A stretch of DNA of 64,000 nucleotides from Hemiscyllium ocellatum (lineage: Eukaryota). Shown here in pieces: positions 12,295 through 25,312 of this stretch. The position numbers and the translations under genes are program-made. Each line of letters begins with the position of its first letter. Position 1 is the first letter of the stretch. The notes under the pieces are model-generated. The model had not been told where the DNA came from, did not search any database, and worked only from the letters and a program-made list of their open reading frames with translations. The stretch lies in NCBI RefSeq assembly GCF_020745735.1, contig NC_083412.1, positions 70,398,320 through 70,462,319 on the forward strand. The letters run 5' to 3'.

Positions 12295-13425
12295 GGATGG
12301 AATCAGGTAACAGCAAACGGGAGTTCGCATTTTTAAAAAAATTCCCTAATTCTCCCATCGCATTACGGCCAAATTGCGTTGACGAAACACACGTTATAGA
12401 AAAAGACCTGTATCTCCTTTCCAACAGGACAGCATCATTTGTGATGGCTATTAATCTTCCTGACCTGCATTATTACTTCAAGTGTCTCCATGAATTTACC
12501 CTTTGCTCTTGCCCATTTGACAAACACCTGCTGCCTGTTAGCAATATCATCAAAAAGCAGAGAAATAGTTTTATTTGCAATATTGAGATTTACCTCACTG
12601 CTATTCTTGAATCATTTCTTGTTGCTAAATTATCAGATTTTGAAATCCGGCATCTAGATTTGGATAAGAGATGTTCCTAAATTAAACATTAGAAGGCTGA
12701 ATACATTTTTCTAACCCTGCTCCAAACTCTACTCCATCGCAATCAATTCCATTCCATGGTGCTGGCAGTGTACTCAACAATATGGAGTCTCTGAATTATT
12801 AAGTCCTTTCTCAGCACATCAACCTATTGATTCATAGAACAAAGAACAGTACAGCGCAGTACAAGCCCTTTGGTCCATGATGTTGCGCCAAGCATTTATC
12901 TTAATCTAAGATCAACCTAACCCACACACCCTTCAATTTACTGCCTTCCAGCATGTGCTTGTCCAGCAGTTGCTTGCTTACATGTCCCCAACAGTTGACA
13001 AAGGGCCTGTTATTGCGCTGTTCTGTCTGACGTTCCAAAAAATTCAGGTGTTACCAATGTGAAAAATCCCTGCCTTCCCTCAGTACAAATCAAGGCAAAT
13101 GATTGAAGCAGGTTCAAATTCTGACTGAAAAATCTGTGTGTCAGGAAATGCTGGTTCACGTTTATGAACAGAAACTCTTACAGACTAATCCACCTGTCTT
13201 GGAAAATGTGAATTCCCAACCCCAACCCGCCTAGTGCAAATGAACAGTATGATGCGGCACATGAAAATCATTTACAGAAATCAGCCTTTATTGGTTCGGC
13301 TACCACTCCAAACATTCCAATTCAATCTGCTTCCTTAGAATTGCAAATCAAGATTCAAATGCTAATTACAGCGTTAACAGCAAGCCAATGGTTTGATAGC
13401 TGCTGTGCACTCAAAATGCAAGATC

Positions 13426-13676
13426 CCCCCCCGAACTCTACTTTGATTTAGTCCCTGCCCTCCCCTTCACTGTTTGATCACACAGGATTGCCCTTTGATG
13501 TGAAGAGCACTGCTTGTCACTGGCCACCCGGGTGTTTTCCTATCTTCTTGGTGGTGGAAACTGAATAAAGATTCGTGCACTTTGTGTGTCCCACACCTAC
13601 ACACACACATCATGGGTGCTGGGGAAAAATAAGCACTATCGCAGTTAGGCGGTAGTGTGGGGGTTTTTTAAAAAAA
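13426..13676 (+). mobile_element. Short retroposed insert with A tail and 15-bp TSD (probably a LINE 3' UTR)
   Basis: TCAAAATGCAAGATC (13411-13425) and TCAAAACGCAAGATC (13677-13691) flank the insert; internal AATAAA and terminal A7. Confidence 0.7.
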
Positions 13677-15153
13677 TCAAAACGCAAGATCTAAAATACA
13701 AAATAAAGCCAAAAACTCAGTAAGCAAAACCTCAGCATCTGTGAAGAGAAAGCACAGAAAGTAACGTTTCGCGTCTAGTGACCCTTCTCCCGAAGGGTCC
13801 AGCAATTTCTGTTTCGTCTAAACATTAGAACCTGCAGCACCACGCATGAAGTCAGTGATCAACTGCTCCTTTATTCGATTGATGTATGTGCTCAGTAGCT
13901 ACCAATGCTTGTATCAGGATGAGACGGAACCTGAAACAAAGGATGAAGGTTCTGAAGCCCTCTCCCATCCTTTCACACGCTTACATTCAATGTGCACTTG
14001 GATCCAATTGCTCTGCACAACCATCTGTAGTGCAGCCTCAATCAACAGATAGGAATCAGAAAGCTTCCCCACACAATCACACAGTACAGAAGAGGCCCTT
14101 TGGCCCTTCGAGTCAGCACTGACAGAGCTACTCTAAGTCTGCACGAGTCCCACTTTCCAGCACTTCGCCAAGTACTTTTTCAAGGTTTTGAGGCTTCCCA
14201 CCTCACTACCCTCCCATGCAGTGCATTCAAGACCCCCACCACCTTCCGGGAAACAGCTGCTTTCTATCATGACCATAAGACCACTGAAGGTGGCACACTT
14301 GATAAAGTTGCTCAACCATTTGAACAAAACCATTTCTTTAAATAAGATATAATTAAGCATCTTGTTTCCCACTCTCAACAACAGACATGAAATTAAAACG
14401 GGGACTCAATTCTGCCAACAGGATGCACATTTCTGCACTTATGTCTTGAACTCATAACAGAAGAACAGAATAGGTTATTCACCCTGGCAACAGTATGGCG
14501 CAAAACTACTTTGTACAAATCCTTAGTGTCACATTTGACCCTAAAATGAATTAACGAACAAATATTCATGCCATCACTAAGGTAGGCTATTTGTATTTTT
14601 GTCACATTTCCCAAATTCAACCTGGTTCAGCCTATCTGCTGCAGAAACTCTTTGTTTTGCATCTTGACTATTCAAACCCCTCAGTATTGGTTGGTTTCCA
14701 CATTCCCACTCCTCTAACCCCATAACTCTGACTTATCTACTCACCTACTTCTGTCTCAGAAATTCAAGATCTCAGTCACACAACCATTTCTTGCTTTGTC
14801 GCCAGCTACATAGGCCAGAGCTTTGGATTTCTCTCTCCACACATCTTCATCGTTTTATCTTTCTTTCCCTCCTTGAAGCTACTCTTTATAAGCAACCAGG
14901 CTTGACCAAGATTTTGGTCATCTAACCCAATACCTCCTTATGGGGTTTGATACATTTTACTTCATAACACTCTTGTGAAACATCTTGGAGTGTTTCATTA
15001 AGTATAAGTTGTTCTTATTAGACTATTAAGTTGATCGAGGCATTTTTATACAATCTTCACCCACAATATATTTTCCTCTTGTTTTCTCAGTGAGGGAACA
15101 GTATGACTCCTAACAGCTAAAATGTTATAGATGATTTAAAATTATGTACTTAC

Positions 15154-15228
15154 ATCTTCATCTTCATTGAATACAGCGGCAACTGAAGGTTTCTTTGGAG
15201 CTAAAACAGGTGGACTTTCTTTAGGTTT
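15154..15228 (-). CDS. PCNP: PCNP coding exon 3 (KPKESPPVLAPKKPSVAAVFNEDED)
   Basis: 75 nt, CCCAG acceptor and GTAAGT donor, phase 0/0; matches [25 protein letters not shown]. Confidence 0.95.
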
Positions 15229-18170
15229 CTGGGAATAAAATTAAATTATAAGATTTCAATTCTAATTGTTCACTGCAGGTCAAATAAAACAAATATGGAG
15301 GTGTCTTAAACCAGTTTCCCAATCAGATGCAAAGGGATTGTGTTTTCGGTCTTAGAATAACCCAGATATAATAACCTTAACACAATTTGCGTAAGAACAT
15401 CATTCCTCACGCATAAAAATGAGCACAGCGAACTTATTGATTATTCCCACTTGCAGGGGTTTTCCCCATTGCCTTCATTATATTTCCCTTCACCTTCTTA
15501 CCCAAATGTCTTTTGAACCTTCCTAACAAATCTGCTTTCATCATTCTTTCTGACTGTGCATCTCAGATTACGAGTTACTTTGTGTAAAAACAAGATTTCT
15601 TGGTACTCATTCGCCAAACACTTTAAATGATGTTCCCTGGTTTCCATCTTGTCACTGGAAAGTCTTTATTTAATCAATTAAAATCATTCAAGACTTTCAA
15701 AGTCTGCTTCAGATCTCCTCTTAACCTGCTCAAGAAGAAAAATCCTAGCTTATGCAGTCTCCTTACATGACCAAAATCTGCCAGTGTTGGTAACGTTCAG
15801 TACTTTAGCACTCTCTCCAAGGTTGTCACATCATTCCTAAAATATGGTCTCCGAATTGAATACAATACTCTAGTTAAGGCCTAAACAATGTTTTTTAAGG
15901 TTTAACATGATTCCTTCTTTCTGTACCATATTTCTTCAAATAATGAAGCCTAGGCTTTCATATGCTTTCTGACGACAGTTAACAAACTTACATGCTCTCA
16001 AATGAGTTCTGATGTAAAGCCACAAATAATTCCGATTGAGTATTGCAATGTTCCATATAAAACAAAAAACTACTGCGCTAATTTTCCTTCTTGATGCTTT
16101 ACCAATGATTCTGAGTTAAAACATACTCACCACAGGGAAAAACTGTGCTTTGTCTCCTCTATCAAACCACCTTGAAAATCTATATTATACCCTCTCCGAG
16201 CCATTTCATTTCAAGAAGAACAATTCTAATGTTTCCAACCTTTCTTCAGAACTTGGCAACATTCAGGTAAACCTCTTCTATATATTTTCTCATGTTTTTA
16301 CTGAATCACGCTGACCAGATTATTCACAATACTTTAGATGAGATTTTCAAAGTTCAAACATAACTTCTCTATTTCACTTATTCTATCCTTTTCACCAAGC
16401 CTGACAATTTGTCCTGATGCCTTTAAGAATGTGTGCATACAGACAGATCCACTACTCTTCAAAAACCAGGCCAATCAGAATAGACTACCTTTCCTACTAA
16501 TCCTCCCAATGTGCCAGTCAGTCAGGTAACAAAAACCCAATATTACCCAACTATAAGAAACTGCATGAAAAGGACCATTCTTGGCCAAGTGACGTAAAAT
16601 TACATTGAAGTAATTTGGTCAGAATGCAAAAACATGCTTCACATCTTACAATGCTTCTTGACCTTTCAACTAGTTATCTAAATTTTCTTGTTTATCTTTT
16701 GGCCATTGTGTCACTGCCAAAAGAAGTCCTTTAATCCAGTTTTTAAGCTTAATGTGCAAAATGGTTTCAAATTCTAATATTTCTGACCAATAAAGAGAGA
16801 GCAAATGTGACGGTGCCAGTGACTTAGATTAGTGAAAGTATCTCCACTCTATATATGCAAAAACAAGTGAAATGGAATGTGCCAGGTTGGGTAGTTACAA
16901 CAAGTGTAAAAGAGTACAATAAACTGATACACAGTTTTACATAAATAGTAATGGCTACTCATTTTGTTTTTACAGTGGTTACTGGCAGATTATTCAAAAG
17001 CAGATGTTCCAAGAATTATCAAATCCTAGTTCAGTGCCTGAACTAGAGTTGAGATAACTTAACTCAAAGTTCATGGATCAAGTTTGTGATCTTCTTGGTT
17101 TATAATGTGCAATGATATAAAGGATTACCATGCTCAGCTATTTAGAAAAAGGATTTCTTAAAGGAAGATGCAGCAAAGCACCTCTTTCCTCACCCTCAAA
17201 GCAAATATGAATATTAGCAATAGGTACTTATCATTCTAATGAGGAATAAATCTTTGCACTTGAATGTCTCTTAAGTCATTCAATCACTCAAACTTGTTTT
17301 ATAATTCAATTACCTGTGGCTAAGCTGTTCCATAACTACATGTATCCACCTTTGCTCAATATTGCTTGGTATCTTTTACCTATTAATAATCTACTGATTT
17401 CCATCATGAAAATGCTTAGTTTGTCCTATTTTATTATGTATTCCTTAAAATAATCTGGAGGAATGCAATATAGCTTATGAATATTTTGAAAAGAATATTC
17501 CAGTGTATGTGTATATATTCAACAGTAAAGCAGGTATGATTCAATATGAAATTGCACACCTCATGTCAGCATCAAAAGTATGTTAAAGTGAATAAAGGTC
17601 TTATTATAATTGTATACTCCTAATTCAAATGTGTAGCTCTGCTTGCAATTCCTTTGTCCTACATGCTACATTTACTAAAGTTAAGCAAAGCATTTAAAAG
17701 GTAATATTCAAGACTTCTACTGAGCAAACCCTCACCTAACATCAACTGCCTACAAACATCCTAGAAATAAACTTCCTGACAATTCTCAGCATAACTGTGT
17801 ATTACCATTTCTAATCTTTTACCAATTAAAATTCTCTCAAGTAGAAGGCTGAAGAGAACAAGGTAAAATCGTAGCAAGTTTGAAATAAGTATATATTTTA
17901 TTTGATGCTGAATACAAGCATTTAATATTGCTTTAATGTTCATATGAGGGTCAGACTTTAATTAACTGCCCCATTCCAGAGCTCGAATTATGACTTCAGC
18001 TAAATTTCTGATCTAAATTCTTCCTCCCTTTTCGTGCTGAACATAAACAATTCAATGCTGCAAAAACGCATTTAACATCAAATAAAGAATGAATCTGCAA
18101 TTAGAAACATCCATTATGATAAACAGTAAATAACCATTTGACACATTGAAAGCAAAAATAAATTACTTAC

Positions 18171-18409
18171 ATTTGCTCCTAATTTGATGGATATTGGGGC
18201 TGGTTTCTTTACGGTCATACTTCCTATTGAAAATCCAACTTTGGAAACTTTTGCAGGGGTTGGTTTGTTGTTTGCATCCCCGGAAGCAGAATCATCTTGA
18301 TTTTTGTCATCAGCTGCTCTTTTCTCTGCACTTCGAGATGAACTTTCGCCTTCATTACTGGAAGAAACAGTCTTAGTTTTCACAGTTTTCTCTTCCTTCT
18401 CTTCTAGTC
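18171..18409 (-). CDS. PCNP: PCNP coding exon 2
   Basis: [31 protein letters not shown]...ISIKLGAN; CACCAG acceptor, GTAAGT donor; 239 nt keeps frame with exons 1 and 3. Confidence 0.95.
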
Positions 18410-20863
18410 CTGGTGGAGTCGAAACAACTTACCAAGATGAGATACTTTTATCGAGCACTTTGGTGGATGCAGCAACCTCATTAAGTATTAGGGAGCTTCT
18501 GTGAGTATGCACTGACTGAACCAGTAGTCTCTTCCACTGTTTGTCAGATACAGGAGATGCAGGCACCGAGAAACCATTTCATAGATGGATGGACTCTATA
18601 TTTCAGTTTCAGGGCAGGATTAATCCAGTGCTCCTGTTTCTTGGACCCCAAAGGAAAATTCACAGGACCAAAACAGTACAGATTTTGGTAGACCAAAGGT
18701 CCACAATGAGGAAATATTCACCAGTGACTGTAAAATTGCAGACTTTCAAGTGTTACATTATAAGCCATGTTGGGGGAACGCCAGAATGACAACATCCTAA
18801 AATAACTGATGACAAATATAGTGCCAAAATGGGCCGCATTTCAAAAACAATGGTTCACATAGTCAAGTTATGATCAATTACTTTAAGACCTATAGTCCGA
18901 GCAATTTCGGTTTCTACTTTGTGAATTTTAAAGTCATTTGTTTTTCATTTCTTACTCGTCAATAATAACAGCCAACAGAATATACATTGTTCCATGATCA
19001 AATATATTAGATAATTCTTCAAATCTCTGATATTTGAGTTTGAATTTTGATTAAAGTTAATTTTGAAGACATAGTTCAGAATGGCAAATGAGGCAAAAGC
19101 TTAATAAGATTAAATAATTTAATCTATATGGGTCATCTGCTCCAGAATAAAATTTATTCCAAATAGAATAACTTTAGTTAGGCTTGCTAGTTTTCAAAAA
19201 AAAGTTCCACCTGGTTTTAAACAAGTCACTTGCACAAATGTTTCAGATTCAAATGGTTTAATACATGCACTAACTGTCAGCTTTTATTTCAAAAGCACAT
19301 ACCCGTTATTAAATAGCTTCTGCACCCCTGATGTGGAATCAGCTATTGAGCCAAAATATTTTCCTTTCATTAGCCTTACAGTTAGTCAGCCAGAAATGAA
19401 TACTATGATAGAGATTGATACCAATTATATGCATACACATAATACACAAACCATTAGAATTATGTTCTGCTTTCAACTAATCACTATGGTTTTTGGTATT
19501 TATTTACTGCTTGGTAGCTTTGTTGCCCAAGACTGAAAAGACTTAACAACAATTTAAGAATGCTAATCAGAGTGGTTTACTAAGATCGAGGTTGTTAACA
19601 GCCTAACTAAAAATGGCAGTATGGTAAGAGCATAACACATTTTTTTACAATTATTTACAGGATAATCCTACAGCTAACAATTGGAAATACATTATTTGTG
19701 CATTAGATGTTCTAAATTCCAAATATATCTGAGAACATGATTTACCTCAGCCAGATTAGATATTGTAATTTTTAAATACAGTATTATATTCAATTCTAGA
19801 GCAACGCAACAAAGATGCACTAATTTAATGTTTACTGATTAAACACAACTAGTACTGTATTGGTCCTACTGGATTTTTCGTGTTGCCAAAATCCTGAATC
19901 ACTGAATGCATCCAGCACGATTTTCACATGGCGTTTTGTTATGAATTACCAGTCATTACATATATTAAGATATTTAAACATTCCTTAAAAAAACAAACAT
20001 AAAATTTATGATTACAAATTATTACAGATACAATAAATTGGGCTGTTGTTATATTGCCATGTGTTATTCTTGATTGGGACTTAATCAGGTGTTTGATTTG
20101 AATTTCAGATACTATTTATAAATCATGAACATACATAATAAAAATTTGCTTCGATGGCAATTGGCAAAATTAAATCAATTATCAAAATTGTATATGGCAA
20201 CAAAACTCTATACATACTCCATGCTGTCTTTATCTACTTTTTAATCAGAATCTCAGCCACGAATATGTACACTAGGTCACAATAAGATTTCCTTGTAGTT
20301 TCCATTTTGCTTTACAAGACTTTAGCAAGAGTTAAATTGCAGATTTCATAGCTTTAAGTTCTTTTTATAAAAAATAGCCAGATTTGTGTATTAACATACA
20401 CAAGAAAAATTGCGTTTCCCAGCTTAATTTGTTTAAAAGGTCCAAAATAGTTATCGTTCTCAGTGAATGTTTTGTTAAAATTTTTCGCTCGAGGACCAGC
20501 AATTTAGTACTTAGGAAATTAACACCAATAAATCGGTACTTAAAAATTGAGTTTGAGATTTAAAATATTTAAGGGTGATGTAATTCTACAAACAGGATTA
20601 ATGTATTGGAGCAAAAAAAAAGACACTAATTGCTCAGGGCTCGGAGCCTGTACACAGTGGCGAGGTGGAAAGAGACTCGAGGCCCGGCCCAGTCCGCCCG
20701 CCTACTGATCCCGCACTGGCTGCACAGCCTCCTCCGGAGCGGGGCAAGGGAACCTCGCTTTACGGTTTTTATTATTAATTTCGTCCTTTGGCTAATATGA
20801 AAACATGTGGATTTGTACATCCTGCCGCGCTGTGTGCGTAGTTAAAAGAGTATGAAGCGGCAC

Positions 20864-20909
20864 CTTCATCTTGCAGTTTCTCGAGCTCCGAGCGTGTTTC
20901 CTCCGCCAT
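20864..20909 (-). CDS. PCNP: PCNP coding exon 1 (MAEETRSELEKLQDE)
   Basis: AAAATGGCGG start in a CpG-rich region; 46 nt, phase 1, compatible with exon 2. The donor AAG|GTGCCG is weak. Confidence 0.75.
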
Positions 20910-21025
20910 TTTCAACCAACTTCAAACCGCCAACAGCACCCTGGGAGGGGCGTGACGCCACTTCCGGCGCCCCCCTCCCCCCTCCCCCCTCCCCCCTCGC
21001 CCCTCGCCCCGGGACTGCTTCCTGT
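20903..21025 (-). promoter_or_regulatory. PCNP CpG-island promoter (YY1, ETS/GABP, CRE-like motifs)
   Basis: CCGCCATTTT (YY1) at 20903-20912 overlaps the ATG; the minus strand reads CCGGAAGTGGCGTCAC at 20952-20967; C-rich GC tracts follow. Confidence 0.7.
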
Positions 21026-21621
21026 TTGAGGAGAAGGGGAGAGCGGTATCGCAGTTGAGAAGAGGATGTAATGGATTGATATTCTTTCCCACTGCGTGGG
21101 TGGACTAGGAGCACTAGTAGAAGTTTAGCCCCTCCACCCTGCTCCATCACTTGATACTATAATGGCTTAGCCTCGACTCCACTTTCCTCCTTGTTCTCCA
21201 CAGCTCTTCAATACATTACTCATTAAAATCTCTTCCACTCCTACTTACATTTACTCTCAACGTCCAAGGAGCCACTAGGGCAGTGCATTCCACAGATTCA
21301 TGAGGATTTCATTGTCACGTGTACTCAAGTACAGTTAAATGTATGTAATGTAGCCACATATGGTGACATCTTCGGTACCTTGGTACAAAAAAAGCTGAGG
21401 TATAAAGTAGTAAGAGAAACGAGAATTAAAAAGTTAACCATTAAATAGTGGAAAATAAAGAAAGAGGTAATAGTTTGCATTAAAGTCTTTCATAGTTCCA
21501 ACAGTAAAAAAATAAAGTAATAAGTTACAAGTTCAACAGTCTTTCTCTTCAACAGGACCCTTTGAGGGAAGTAATTAATCCTCATCCTTGTTTTAAATCT
21601 GCTACACCCCTCTCCTAAAAC

Positions 21622-22303
21622 TGTTGAGAAGTGACATATGGAGTTTAATTTAGAAAAATGTGAGGTAATGCATTTTGATAAGGCAAATCAGGGCAGGACT
21701 TATATGATTAATGGTAGGGTCCTGGAGAGTGTTGCCAAGGGAACTTGGCTTACAGGTTCATAATTCCTTGAAGGTGGACTCACATGTAAACAAGGTAGTG
21801 AAGAAAGCATTTAGTATGCTTTCCTTTATTGGTCAGTGCATTAAGTATAGGAGTTACAATGACATGTTGATGCTGTACAGGACATTGGTTAAGCCATTTC
21901 TGGAATACTACATTTAGTTCTGGTCTCCCCTGTTATAGGAAAGATGTTGTTAAAATTGGAAGAGTCCAGAGAAGGATGTTGCCAGGGAGAGGTTGAATAG
22001 GCTGAGGCTATTTTCTCTGGAGTGTTGGAGGCTGAGGAATGATTCATAGAGGTTTATAAAATCATGAGGGGCATGGATAAGGTGAATGGCCAAGGTCTTT
22101 TTTTCCAGCATATGGGAGTCCAAAACTAGAGGGTATAAGTCTGAGGTAAGAGGGAAAGATTTAAAAGAGGCCGAGTGGTAACAATTTCTCAAAGAAGTGC
22201 ATGAATGGGAATGAGCTGCCAGAAGAAGTGGTGGAGGCTTATACAATTACAACATTTAAAAGATAACTGGATGGGTACATGAATAGGACTAGTTTAGAGG
22301 GAT
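21622..22303 (+). mobile_element. CR1 LINE 3' fragment (tail resumes at 24838-24947)
   Basis: LGLQVHNSLKV..VVKKAFSML..LYRTLVKPFLEY peptide; the 3' UTR is split by the L1 insertion. Confidence 0.9.
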
Positions 22304-24832
22304 GTTTGCCTTTGGTAGATGTGTTTGTTGAAGTGTTTCATTCTGGCTCTCTTCCTCAAACTTTAACTCAGGCATCAATTGTTTTGCTTTTAAAGAAAGG
22401 CAAAGATCCCTTACTGTGTGGTTCATACCATCCTATAAGTCTGCTAAATGTTGACTTTAAATTATTGTCAAAACTATTGGACCGACATTTGGAACCATCA
22501 TTCCTTCTATCATATCCTTGGATCAAATTGGATTTACTCACAACAGGCACTCCTTTTTAATCTTAGGCAGGTATTTAACATTGTTTACAATTCTTTCTTA
22601 ACCACTCTCCCTGAGGTTTTGAAATGTTTAGATGTTGAGAAAGCTTTTGATAGAGTGGAATGGAATTACCTTTCTTTTCCTTTGGAGAAATTTGGCTTTG
22701 GGAAAAAATTATTTCTTGGATCAAACTACTCTATGCATCACCGTAGGCCTCTGTTCAGACCAATAAGATGAATTCTGATTATTTCTACCTTTATCATTCC
22801 ACTAGACAACGTAGTCCTTTGAGTCTTTTGTTTGCCGTTGTAATTGAACCTCTGTCTATTGCTCCACAGACTCATCCTGATTTCTTTGCCATTATTAGAA
22901 ATGGTGTGGAGTTGAAGGTTGCTCTCTATGCAGATGACCTTTTGCTATTTGTCTCAAACTTATCTCTCTCCATTCCCACCACACTTTTAGTTTTAGAATC
23001 TCTCAGTAAGCATTCTGGGTATAAATTGAATTTTAGCAAAATTGAGATATTTGCTATCAATAAGCCTGCCAGGGAATACCCACTAGATAATTTACCATTT
23101 AAAATTGCCAACTTTGGTTTTGTTTATCTTTGTGTAAATGTGGATAATTAATGAGGCAATTTCTACAGGAAAAATGTTGAACCATTACTGGTACAAATTA
23201 AAGGAGACATCAAATGATGGTCTCTCCTTAATTTGTCTGTTGCTGCTAGAATCCCAGTAAAATGAATATCTTTCCACAATTTTCTTATTTCTTTCAATTC
23301 ATACCATTTTTTCTGCCTCTTTACTTTTTCCGTACTTTTTCTTTCTTTATTTGGAATAAAAAAAACCATTAGGTTACAAAAACAGTTGTTACACAGGTGA
23401 AATGGCACTGCCGAATATTTTGTTTTATTGTTGGGCAGCAAACATTAGAAATTTGAATTATTGGCTCCAATATGAGAACCTTGATGCTCTCCCAATTTGG
23501 TTGACTATTGAGGCAAATTCCAACCATCCTGTAACATCACCTCTCCTTTCTTCAACCTCTACTTACATGAACATTGTAATTGTTTTTTCCTGTCTCAAAA
23601 TTTGGTTTTGATTTAGACGCCACTTGGGATTTAATTTATTTTCTACTAAGGCACCATTGGCAGCAAATCATATTTTTCCTCCATCTTTAGTGGACAGTGC
23701 CTTTTCTGGCTGGGCTAAGTTAGAAATAAAAACTGTGTAAGATTTATATGGCGATAGCATTTTTGCATCTTTTCAACAATTAGTTGATTAGTTTTCACTT
23801 CCTAAAAGCCACTTCTTTAGATATCACCAAGTTTGCAATTTGTCTTTAGTTCATTTCAGGTTTTCACCGCTCTTCCTAATTATTCTGATTTTGACATCTT
23901 TCTAGAACTGCTTTCTTCATTAAAGGGGGCTAATTCAGCTAATTTTTCAAACATTCATAAAATATTGGTTTGATTCTATTAAAGCTATCTGGGAGGCAGA
24001 TTTGGAGGAAGTAATTCCAGGTGATGCGTGGGATGAGATTTTACAAAGGGTGCACAGATAGAAGATCTGTGCAAAACATTGTTTTATTCAATGCAAGATT
24101 CTACACTGTGCCCACTACAACAAAGTTCAACATGCAAAAATATTTGAGGAGGTGTCTCTGTCCTGTGATTGGTGTCAACAAACCCCAGCAAATTATATGC
24201 ACGTGTTCTAACTTTGCCCTTATTTAAATAGATACTAGACTGATATCTTTGACACCTTATCTGGTGAAAATCTTATTTCTAATGCTATTACAGCTTTTTT
24301 TGGGGTGTCATTCTCTTTACCTAATCTTCCTTCCTCTAAAAAAAGACATGATAGCATTCACTATCCAATTCGCCAGAAGATTGTTATTGTTAAAATGGAA
24401 ATCCGTAATTCCACCTACCTATACACACTGGGTTAGAGATGTACAATATTTTCTTAAATGAGAAAAGGTTAGATTGTTCTTATCTGACTCCTCTAATAAA
24501 TTTACAAAAATCAGGAACCCTTTTCTTTCATATGTTAAGGGTGTTGTCTTTTTAACTGTTCCAGACTGAGGTATCTTCTGTTGTGGAGATTGTTTCTTTT
24601 TTTGCTAATGCAGTTATTTTACTGCTGGTGTAATTTATTATAGTTTTGTGCTTTGTTTATGTTTATATTTATTAGGATTTTTTTGTCATTTTGTTTCCTT
24701 TGTATTTTGGGGGAGGTATGTGCCGTGAGGAGCGTGGTTGGAGTTTTGTTCACGTCATTTTTTGCTCGTGTTTGCACCTTGTTCTGCTGTTGTTTTTTTT
24801 TGGAGAAAAATCAATACAATGTTTTTAAAAAG
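22304..24832 (+). mobile_element. 5'-truncated L1-clade LINE ORF2 plus T-rich 3' UTR
   Basis: ASIVLLLKKGKDPLLCGSYHPISLLNVDFKLLSK, LDVEKAFDRVEW, LYADDLLL, SGYKLN motifs; frameshifted. Confidence 0.9.
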
Positions 24833-25021
24833 ACGGTTATGGGCCAAATGCCAGCAAGTGGGACTAAATTAATTTCAGATATCTGGTTGGCATGGATGAT
24901 TTGGGCTGAAGGGTCTGTTTCTGTGCTATACAATTCTATGACTCTATTTGAAGCATAAGCCCAGCAGGAACAACAATGTACCACTTCCCAGACTGTTACT
25001 GGCTTTACTTCCTCTAGAGGA

Positions 25022-25312
25022 GGGTGGCACAGTGGTTAGCATTGCTGCATCACAGCACCATGGTCCCAAGTTCGATTCTGGCCTCGGGCGACTGTCTGCG
25101 TGGAGTTTCCACATTTTCCCCAAGTTTGCGTGGGTTTCCTCCGGGTACTCCGGTTTCCTTGTGCAGGCCAGGTGAATTGACCACACTAAATTGCCTGTAG
25201 TGTTAGGTGCCTTAGTCAGAGGGAAATGGGACTGGGTGGGTTACTCTTCGGAGGGTTGGTGTGGACTTGTTGGGCTGAAGGGCCTGTTTCCACACTGTAG
25301 GGAATCTAATCT
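25022..25312 (+). mobile_element. HE1-like SINE
   Basis: Homologous to 265-572; ends GGAATCTAATCTA. Confidence 0.9.

Larger units (their letters stand above)
10485..12410 (-). mobile_element. Tigger/pogo-family DNA transposon, internally deleted and interrupted
   Basis: ORFs 11846-12082 and 11502-11873 give LDNAPRC..FLLPNAT and FEAYYLR..FWKIFNIKNAI..AW (DDE_1-type transposase). Imperfect terminal inverted repeats TTCTGCTATAACACG / CACGTTATAGAAAAAGACCTG, followed by TA. Confidence 0.8.

Noticed and set aside
12141-12680. 179-aa ORF
   Set aside because: Runs across a PLE hairpin, a transposon end and intron sequence; no recognisable protein.
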